Below are positions 25,065 through 32,000 of a DNA stretch of 32,000 bases, in pieces (the first letter of the stretch is position 1; every line of letters begins with the position of its first letter). Made by a program: the position numbers and the translations under genes. The DNA comes from Syntrophaceae bacterium. GTDB lineage: Bacteria; Desulfobacterota; BSN033; UBA1163. Under the pieces are notes generated by a model. That model worked only from the letters and a program-made list of their open reading frames with translations, was not told where the DNA came from and did not search any database. The stretch lies in contig JACAEV010000143.1 in the NCBI GenBank assembly GCA_013388645.1, positions 1 to 32,000 on the forward strand. Reading direction: 5' to 3'.

Positions 25065-26278
25065 TTTTCCACCACTTTGATCCGAGACCCGTTTCTCAAT
25101 CTTCTGGGAGGTCTGGCCACCACTTTATCCCCCGCTTTCACTCCCCCTAACACCTCCACCATCTCCCCAAACAACTCTCCCAAAGTGATGGATGTCTCTA
25201 TGACCTTATTTCCTTGGATGAGGAAGACGCTTTTCTTACCATTCTCATTGACGACCGCTGACTTCAACACAACGGTCCGCGGCTTCTCCTCTTCTGGATT
25301 CAAATTGCGAGTGAGAAAAGAGACTTTTGCCCTCATTTCAGGCAGAACACGGGAGCTTTTATTTATAAAACGGATTTTCACCATGACCGTAGCTTTCGCC
25401 CGATCGGCTGTTGGAACGATCGCATGAACCTCGCCGCGGAAACGGACATCCGGAAGGGCATCCAGTTGAATCTCGCAAGGCTGTTTGACTTTCACCAGGG
25501 CCAGGTTCGTCTCTGAGACATCCGCCTCGACTTGCAGAGAACTTAAATCAGCAATGGTGACGACGGCTGCTTTTGCATTGGCTGCCGCTCCCAGGGGGGT
25601 CACGATGTCACCGATATCCGCATTTTTGGTGAGGACGACCGCATCAAAAGGAGCTCTGATGAAGGTATAATCCAAGGCAACATTTGCGGCTCGAAGCGCT
25701 GCCATGCTTGCCTTTAAGGATGCCTCTGCCGCAGCGACCGAGGCCTGAGCCCTGGTAAAACGTGCTTCCGAGGTGTCAAATTGGGACCTGGAAATCACTC
25801 CCTTTAAAATAAGTTGTTGGTCTCGATTGAACGTACGGGAGGCCTCCTCCAATTCTGCTTTGGCCCCTTCCAGATTAGCCTGGGCGACCTTCAGATTCGC
25901 CTCTGCTTGATCACGGGCAGCCACCGCATCGTCATTCTCCAAGCGTGCGATCACCTGCCCCTCCTTGACCCGACTTCCCTCCTCTACCATCAGTGAAATG
26001 AGCCGCCCCGTGACCTTAGAGGCTACCGCAGCCTTTCGTTGGGCCACCACATAGCCACTTGCATTCAACTGTGAAATCATCTGGGAGGGATAGATCTGGG
26101 AAATGCTCACGATCTCCACTGGGACGGATGGTGAAATGATTCCATCCAAATAGAGAAAACCCATTGCACCGATCACCCCGATCGCTGCAATGAGATAAAC
26201 AAACTTTTTTCGCTTGGACGAACGAAACGTCCTAACTGATTTATCAATCCTCAATTTCGAGAGGTCTTCCTTTTCCAT
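25061..26278 (-). CDS. Efflux transporter periplasmic adaptor subunit (HlyD/MFP family)
   Basis: N-terminal TM anchor, lipoyl-like G.V..L.V.EG..V..GQV.A.L, a coiled-coil hairpin (AQANLEGAKAELE...) and a beta-barrel. Its stop overlaps the ATPase start (ATGA, 25061-25064). Confidence 0.9.
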   Translation of the reverse strand: MEKEDLSKLRIDKSVRTFRSSKRKKFVYLIAAIGVIGAMGFLYLDGIISPSVPVEIVSISQIYPSQMISQLNASGYVVAQRKAAVASKVTGRLISLMVEEGSRVKEGQVIARLENDDAVAARDQAEANLKVAQANLEGAKAELEEASRTFNRDQQLILKGVISRSQFDTSEARFTRAQASVAAAEASLKASMAALRAANVALDYTFIRAPFDAVVLTKNADIGDIVTPLGAAANAKAAVVTIADLSSLQVEADVSETNLALVKVKQPCEIQLDALPDVRFRGEVHAIVPTADRAKATVMVKIRFINKSSRVLPEMRAKVSFLTRNLNPEEEKPRTVVLKSAVVNENGKKSVFLIQGNKVIETSITLGELFGEMVEVLGGVKAGDKVVARPPRRLRNGSRIKVVEK

Positions 26279-26541
26279 TGGGCTCAGATTCCTCTATATC
26301 CGATGACCATTTTCATAAACCCTACCCTAATTATCATATAATTAACCTCCATTGTAAAATAGAAATCAAAAATGAATGGAAGGGAGCTGAAAAACAGAAA
26401 GGGAGGAGGTGTCTCGACCCCCTTCTTTAATCTTGAAAAGTTGGGAGAACAATCTTATGATGTCAACAAACTGATGAAGACGTTACATTCAGAACGAAAA
26501 GCGGGACCTTACCTTCGGCTCCTCTAAAATTGGAAAAACAG

Positions 26542-27501
26542 ATGAAAAATATTCTTGTCATTGGAGCAGCAGGTCAGATCGGATCTGAATTAACTCCGGA
26601 ACTTCGCAAACGGTATGGCCATACCCGAGTGGTCGCAGGGATTCATAAGACGATACCTCCAAGGGAATTGTTTGAATCAGGTCCTGTTGAAATCATCGAT
26701 GTCACAGACAAAGAGCAACTCGTTCCGGTCATCAGGAAATACAAGATTGACACGATCTACAACCTGGCAGCGCTCCTATCGGTCGTCGGAGAGGCCAACC
26801 CCCTGGAGGCTTGGCGTGTGGGAATGAATGGGCTTCTAAACGTCTTGGAGGTCTCCCGTGAATATCGGTGCGCCGTCTTTACACCGAGCTCCATAGGTGC
26901 TTTTGGACTCTCCACTCCCTTGGACAATACTCCTCAGGATACGATCCAGAGACCTCAAACCATGTATGGGATCACCAAAGTGGCGGGTGAACTCTTGAGT
27001 GACTATTATTTCAAACGATTTGGCGTGGACACGCGAAGTGTGCGCTATCCGGGAATCATCTCAAATGTGACTCCGCCCGGAGGTGGAACAACAGATTATG
27101 CAGTCGAAATTTTCTATGCCGCAGTGAAAGAGAAGAGGTTCACCTGTCCCCTCCATCCCAAAACGTATCTCGACATGATGTATATGCCCGATGCGCTGGA
27201 GGCAGCGGTCCAGCTGATGGAGGTCGATCCCTCCAGATTAAAACATCGTAATGCCTTCAATGTGACAGCGATGAGTTTCTGCCCTGAAATGATCGCAGCG
27301 GAGATTAGAAGACATATCCCTGACTTCGAGATCCATTACCAGATCGATCCGATTAAACAAAGCATTGCTGAATCGTGGCCAAATAAAATGGACGATTCCT
27401 GTGCGCGAGAAGAGTGGGATTGGGATCCAAAATACGACCTGCCAAAGGTGACCGAAGATATGTTGAGGGTGATCAAAAAAAAGGTCAAAGGGGGAGAGTA
27501 A
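26542..27501 (+). CDS. tdh: L-threonine 3-dehydrogenase, NAD-dependent epimerase/dehydratase (extended SDR) type
   Basis: [14 protein letters not shown] Rossmann motif and YGITK (YxxxK). It is immediately followed by kbl. ATG at 26542 is preferred over the TTG at 26530. Confidence 0.8.
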   Translation: MKNILVIGAAGQIGSELTPELRKRYGHTRVVAGIHKTIPPRELFESGPVEIIDVTDKEQLVPVIRKYKIDTIYNLAALLSVVGEANPLEAWRVGMNGLLNVLEVSREYRCAVFTPSSIGAFGLSTPLDNTPQDTIQRPQTMYGITKVAGELLSDYYFKRFGVDTRSVRYPGIISNVTPPGGGTTDYAVEIFYAAVKEKRFTCPLHPKTYLDMMYMPDALEAAVQLMEVDPSRLKHRNAFNVTAMSFCPEMIAAEIRRHIPDFEIHYQIDPIKQSIAESWPNKMDDSCAREEWDWDPKYDLPKVTEDMLRVIKKKVKGGE

Positions 27502-27505
27502 GTCG

Positions 27506-28705
27506 ATGCTTGGGAAAAATATAGAAAAGATATCGGCGGAGCTTGCGGAGATTCGAAAAACGGGCCTGTATAAGGAGGAACGCATCATCCTGACCCCCCA
27601 ATCCTCCTATATCAATGTCAAACAAGGGCGTGTGATTAATTTCTGTGCGAACAACTATTTGGGCTTAGCCAATGATCCAAGGCTGATCCGAGCCGCCCAA
27701 GAAGGCTTGGAGCGGTATGGATTTGGGATGGCCAGTGTCCGTTTTATCTGTGGAACCCTCGATATCCATAAAGAACTCGAATCAAAGATCGCCCAATATC
27801 TTGGGATGGAGGATGCCATTCTTTATTCTTCCTGCTTCGATGCCAATGGAGGGCTTTTCGAGACGCTGTTGGGTGAGGAAGATGCGGTCATTTCTGACGC
27901 CCTGAATCATGCCTCCGTCATCGACGGGATAAGACTCTGTAAGGCCAGACGATATCGATATCAGAACAATGATATGAATGACTTGGAGAGTCAACTTCGA
28001 CAAGCCAAGAAAGACGGTGCACGAATAAAAATAATTGCAACGGACGGTGTGTTCTCCATGGATGGGATCATCGCCAATCTCAAAGAGATCTGCGATCTCG
28101 CTCAAAAATATGAAGCCTGGGTCATGGTGGACGATTCCCATGCTACAGGCTTTGTTGGAAAAACGGGAAGAGGCTCTCATGAGTATCATGGAGTCATGGG
28201 GCGAGTCGATATCATTACATCGACACTCGGAAAAGCGATGGGGGGAGCCTCAGGAGGATTTACGGCGGCTCGAAAAGAAATCGTAGAATTATTACGCCAG
28301 CGGAGCCGTCCGTACTTATTCAGCAATAGCCTTGCTCCAGTCATTGTCTATACCAGTTTGAAGGTGCTGGAGATATTGAGCATGAGTACAGAATTACGAG
28401 ATCGTCTCGAAGAGAATTGTGTGTTATTCCGGAAAGAAATAGAAAAGATTGGGTTTAAAACGGTGGGAGCAGGCCATCCTATCATTCCAATCATGCTCGG
28501 AGATGCGAAATTGGCTGCAGATATGGCACGGGCGATGCTGGACGAAGGGGTTTATGTGATTGGTTTCAGCTACCCTGTTGTCCCTAAAGGGCAAGCAAGA
28601 ATTAGGACCCAAATGAGCGCAGCTCACACAAAGAACGATATCCTGAAAGCCATTCAGGCCTTTAAGAAGGTAGGACGTCAATATGAGGTGATCAGCGGAA
28701 AGTGA
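27506..28705 (+). CDS. kbl: Glycine C-acetyltransferase (2-amino-3-ketobutyrate CoA ligase)
   Basis: [28 protein letters not shown], and TLGKA (PLP lysine). About 399 aa, alpha-oxoamine synthase family, adjacent to tdh. Confidence 0.93.
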   Translation: MLGKNIEKISAELAEIRKTGLYKEERIILTPQSSYINVKQGRVINFCANNYLGLANDPRLIRAAQEGLERYGFGMASVRFICGTLDIHKELESKIAQYLGMEDAILYSSCFDANGGLFETLLGEEDAVISDALNHASVIDGIRLCKARRYRYQNNDMNDLESQLRQAKKDGARIKIIATDGVFSMDGIIANLKEICDLAQKYEAWVMVDDSHATGFVGKTGRGSHEYHGVMGRVDIITSTLGKAMGGASGGFTAARKEIVELLRQRSRPYLFSNSLAPVIVYTSLKVLEILSMSTELRDRLEENCVLFRKEIEKIGFKTVGAGHPIIPIMLGDAKLAADMARAMLDEGVYVIGFSYPVVPKGQARIRTQMSAAHTKNDILKAIQAFKKVGRQYEVISGK

Positions 28706-28814
28706 TGTCTCAAGCCCCTGTTGGTCCGATAGGATCAAAAAATGGATATCCCTCCTCTAATCATTTTTAACCGGGAGGCCACTGTCAATGTCAACTTGGA
28801 TATTCATGTTTTCA

Positions 28815-29465
28815 TCAAATAAGATCTTCGCTGAGATAAATTTCGATTCTCTCTTTCCCTTTACCTGGATTTTTACGCCTTAACTCGATTCCTCCAATTT
28901 CGCCCGTCCTTCTTAAGTGGGTTCCTCCACAAGGAACGCGCGCGAACCCCTTGATCTCCCAATATCTTTCCTCCCTCTCTTCGTTGCTAAAAGCGCTGAT
29001 GATTTCATGGTCATCGCCAATCACTCCAAGCGCTTGCTGTTGAATCGCAGGAAGCATGTTTGAAAGGTTCTCACCCCATTCAAAGTCGATTCGTGCCTTA
29101 TCTGAAGCGATATGGGCTCCAATTTTTTTTATAGAATCCCATTTCCGATAGACCAATTGCAATACGATTTCGGCAGCAAAATGCAACCGCATCAACCGAT
29201 AACGTCTTTTCCAGTCAATCCTCATGCTCACCTGGTCTCCGGGCCTGAACCCATGCCCCCCTTCGAGCGTATAGATAATCTCTTGGCCTTTTATCCGAGC
29301 TTGAAGCACACGACGATCTCCAATGGTTCCATCATCGCTTTCTTGTCCTCCCGAAAAAGCGAAGAAGATCGTCTCTTCAACCGTAATGTCTTCACCCTTC
29401 ACATGAGCAAGAGAGGTTTTCAGTTGTGTTAAGTAAGGGTTTTCCCAAAAGATTTTTTGGGTCAT
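28815..29465 (-). CDS. Alanyl-tRNA editing protein (AlaX-like, threonyl/alanyl-tRNA synthetase second additional domain)
   Basis: ATG at 29465 follows GAAGGAGG. The MRLHFAAE (HxxxH-type region) and VPCGGTHLRRTGEIG zinc motif are present. The 33 upstream residues in the ORF track are unsupported. Confidence 0.8.
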   Translation of the reverse strand: MTQKIFWENPYLTQLKTSLAHVKGEDITVEETIFFAFSGGQESDDGTIGDRRVLQARIKGQEIIYTLEGGHGFRPGDQVSMRIDWKRRYRLMRLHFAAEIVLQLVYRKWDSIKKIGAHIASDKARIDFEWGENLSNMLPAIQQQALGVIGDDHEIISAFSNEEREERYWEIKGFARVPCGGTHLRRTGEIGGIELRRKNPGKGKERIEIYLSEDLI

Positions 29466-29568
29466 GGGGACCTCCTTCTGATGGGCCGATTGGCCTGGGG
29501 TGAGGTTCTGAATAAAGGTTTGGGATGGAGATTTGAATCTGGGTTGACCTCTGGAACCCTCCAAGATT

Positions 29569-30213
29569 TTAGATCATACGAAATAGATCAAGATGATCTT
29601 CGATATAAGCATCCTTCACCATATTTTTATTTTTATAGGCGACGAACTGGATGCCGGATGCCTTAGCTGTTTGTTGGTCCACTTCAGAATCACCAACAAA
29701 AACGGCTTCCTCCTCCCTCAAATTGAATTCCCGAAGAATCTTTTGGATGGACTCTGGGTGGGGCTTAGGGTTTTGGACATCGAGAGCGGTCACCACCATT
29801 TCAAAATGGGGCCAAAGGTTGAACCTTTCCATAATATATTTCATCGAGGTGGTACGATTGGTATTAATCGCCCGAAGGATACCCTTCTCCTTCAGCTTTT
29901 CCAATGTCTGGAGCAAATGGGGTTCCATTTTTAAATACATCACATAATTTTTTAAATCGACCTGTTTCTGCTTTAAAATCTCAACCGCCTTCTTCTCTAA
30001 ATCATCTTCTTTCCCAAAAATGAAATGAAGTGCTTCAAAGACGGTATGCATGTGAACGTATTGCATCTCCTCTTCTCTCAAAGGATGTCTCCCGACCAAG
30101 GCACACAGATCATTATATAATTTTGTATTGGCCTCCAGGGAATCGAAGAGGACACCATCACAATCGTAAATCACACAACGGATCTTCCCATCGATCTTTC
30201 GCATGCCCATCAT
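29569..30213 (-). CDS. HAD-superfamily hydrolase (subfamily IA, phosphatase-like)
   Basis: Motif I YDCDGVLFDS, motif II INTNRT, motif III/IV ...K...VGDSEVD. Confidence 0.85.
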   Translation of the reverse strand: MMGMRKIDGKIRCVIYDCDGVLFDSLEANTKLYNDLCALVGRHPLREEEMQYVHMHTVFEALHFIFGKEDDLEKKAVEILKQKQVDLKNYVMYLKMEPHLLQTLEKLKEKGILRAINTNRTTSMKYIMERFNLWPHFEMVVTALDVQNPKPHPESIQKILREFNLREEEAVFVGDSEVDQQTAKASGIQFVAYKNKNMVKDAYIEDHLDLFRMI

Positions 30214-30216
30214 CCT

Positions 30217-30852
30217 TTACAAAATCATCTCCTCGCTAATGGTGACCAATCCTTCTCTCATATTCCCATTGAGATAATGAAACACCTTCGTTTCGTCATT
30301 TTTTTGAATCAGATAAAGACAATCATGAGTTTGTTCAATCTTCAAGACCCGTTCCAGTGGGAATTCCAAAAACATCCCGATCAACAGGCGGTTAACGACC
30401 CGGTGCCCGATGACCAGTACCTCCTCGCCCTGATGACTTTCCAAGACTCTCCCCACAAAGGGTCGAACCCGATTTGCGACATCGGTATAATTTTCTGCCC
30501 CCGGGATGCGGTAGTTGAAACGATCGTCCTTGAACCGTTCCCATTCCTTCTTCGTCACTTCATCAAATTGAAAGAGGTTCCTTCCTTCTAAAATCCCAAA
30601 GGCAATCTCATCGAGTTCAGAAGATTGACGAATGGGTAAACCGAAATGATGGGAAACTGGTTGGGCTGTGAGAATCGATCTCTGAAGGGTACTGGTATAA
30701 ATATTGGTGAGGGGTCGGTCTTTCAGTTGTTCAAGTAGCGCAAGACTCTGTTGTTGACCCTTCGGGCTGAGCCCGGGATCACTTCGACCTTGTATCCTCC
30801 CTTCGACATTCCAGGTCGTCTCCCCATGCCGTGCGATGTAGATCTTAATCAA
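30217..30852 (-). CDS. Histidine phosphatase family protein (phosphoglycerate mutase-like)
   Basis: IYIARHGETTWN (RHG catalytic motif), downstream GHRVVNR His motif, TTG start after AAGGAG. Confidence 0.85.
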   Translation of the reverse strand: MIKIYIARHGETTWNVEGRIQGRSDPGLSPKGQQQSLALLEQLKDRPLTNIYTSTLQRSILTAQPVSHHFGLPIRQSSELDEIAFGILEGRNLFQFDEVTKKEWERFKDDRFNYRIPGAENYTDVANRVRPFVGRVLESHQGEEVLVIGHRVVNRLLIGMFLEFPLERVLKIEQTHDCLYLIQKNDETKVFHYLNGNMREGLVTISEEMIL

Positions 30853-31030
30853 TGAGTATGAGCTCCTTTTTCTTCTTCAGGTAAAACCGTTCGACCCTTT
30901 TGAAGGCCTGTCCCTTTGAAATAAAAATAATCTAAAATGTTTCCATCCCCTTCTGCAAGGGTGAAAAGAAATGACCCTTTAGAATCATCCTTTCATACCC
31001 GTGAGGGTTGGTTTTCTCGAAGCCACTCAG

Positions 31031-32000
31031 TCACTTGGTCATGGTTGAGGAAGAAGGGTTTTGGATTTGCTCCATGACCGTCGATAAATTCAGAGCGATC
31101 CGCTCTGAAAAAATCGTGGCCCCTTTGTGATTCAGATGGTCAGCATCAACAAAAAGATGGTGATCTTTTGCATAAAAGTCCAAGTAATCCAAATGCTTGG
31201 TGATGTAGGGGCTGAATCTTGGATGGGTGAGTATCTTTTCATAGAATGCCGATTTCGTCACATATTTTTCCGCATGCTTGATATAATAATCGGTGGTGGG
31301 GATCATCAGCGTCACCACCTTCACCCCCCGTTGATGGCATAAGATCAATATCCTCTCAAAATAAGACAATAAATCCTTATCGAAATCATTTTTGTGACTC
31401 TCATCAAAATGACCTTGGATCCGTTGCATGGCTTGTTCCTCTATCACCGCACTTCCAGGGACTTTGATATATCCGTCCTCCATGACCGTCTTTTGAATCG
31501 GTTGGCCCCGAATCCACTTTTTTATATTTCTCCAAAAAAATCTAAACTGCGCTTTATCCAGAAGCGGAGAAAAGCTTGATATTTTTTGACTGACCACGAT
31601 GGGACCCTTTGTTTTATATAATTCTTTAAAATCCTGGTAAGGGATATACCCGTAAGAAAAGTAGTTGAACATGGAAAAGTGACGCCTCTCAGCCCAATTC
31701 AAACGGGTCGATGAAAAGCTGGGTAAAGAAATGCCTAAGACAACAATTTTTAAATTGGGCATTTGATCAATATAGTACTTCAATTTTAAATAATTTCCGA
31801 TATAATTCTCTCCGAGCTCAGCAAAATTGTAAGTCTTGTACGGCATGACTTTTGGGATGATCGCATATTTCATATCCGATTGTCCCATAAATAAAATTTG
31901 AATCTGATCCTTCTGCTCCTCAAAACCCCTCACCGTCCTCGCAAAAACACTCTCCGGCCTGAATAAAATTCGATCCACCCATCTCGCCGCCAAAAGGATG
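31031..32000 (-). CDS. Hypothetical protein, possibly SGNH/DltD-like fold; N-terminus probably beyond the window edge
   Basis: FMGQSD near the N-terminus and DADHLNHKGA near the C-terminus resemble SGNH block I and the DxxH block V. The frame stays open through base 32000. Confidence 0.45.
   Translation of the reverse strand, partial: ILLAARWVDRILFRPESVFARTVRGFEEQKDQIQILFMGQSDMKYAIIPKVMPYKTYNFAELGENYIGNYLKLKYYIDQMPNLKIVVLGISLPSFSSTRLNWAERRHFSMFNYFSYGYIPYQDFKELYKTKGPIVVSQKISSFSPLLDKAQFRFFWRNIKKWIRGQPIQKTVMEDGYIKVPGSAVIEEQAMQRIQGHFDESHKNDFDKDLLSYFERILILCHQRGVKVVTLMIPTTDYYIKHAEKYVTKSAFYEKILTHPRFSPYITKHLDYLDFYAKDHHLFVDADHLNHKGATIFSERIALNLSTVMEQIQNPSSSTMTK

Noticed and set aside
26372-26527. 51-codon ORF (MNGRELKNRKGGGVSTPFF...) in the divergent intergenic region upstream of tdh. 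I also looked there for a glycine riboswitch or T-box.
   Set aside because: There is no SD, and the composition is basic and low-information. I found no GGAGAG...CACCG-type glycine aptamer motif and no T-box specifier/antiterminator sequence. The region is most likely just a promoter region.

Overview
This is a chromosomal window from a moderate-GC bacterium; I cannot assign the taxon from sequence alone. No transposase, integrase, CRISPR array or rRNA is visible. Gene content from left to right: (1) the end of a Liv-type branched-chain amino acid ABC importer (two ATPases and a binding protein). (2) A C_GCAxxG_C_C-family redox protein whose reading frame only makes sense if an in-frame TGA is decoded, so it is a candidate selenoprotein. 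(3) A minus-strand run of pcrA/uvrD, an ACT-domain protein and a hypothetical protein. (4) An amino-sugar locus with glmS and a C-terminally truncated glmU on the minus strand. These diverge from a plus-strand operon encoding a stand-alone GlmU-C-terminal-like beta-helix protein, glmM, a nagB-like deaminase, a Pol-beta-type nucleotidyltransferase-like protein and a PfkB kinase. (5) A cobalamin riboswitch with its terminator, controlling a TonB-dependent receptor. (6) tRNA-Phe(GAA). (7) A minus-strand set of small flavin/redox enzymes, a thioesterase and a small lipoprotein. (8) A MacAB-like efflux operon (adaptor, ATPase, two FtsX-type permeases). (9) tdh-kbl for threonine catabolism. (10) A minus-strand operon of a histidine phosphatase, a HAD hydrolase and an AlaX-like editing protein, followed by a partial SGNH-like protein. 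The most notable observations are the candidate selenocysteine codon with a SECIS-like hairpin, and the apparently split GlmU (acetyltransferase end missing, separate beta-helix protein next door). Others are an 18-nt identity shared by the glmS translation start and the leader of the divergent operon, a heptamer tandem repeat forming the pcrA leader, and a roughly 100-nt three-way-junction fold in a convergent intergenic region. All homology statements come from by-eye motif recognition, not from searches.
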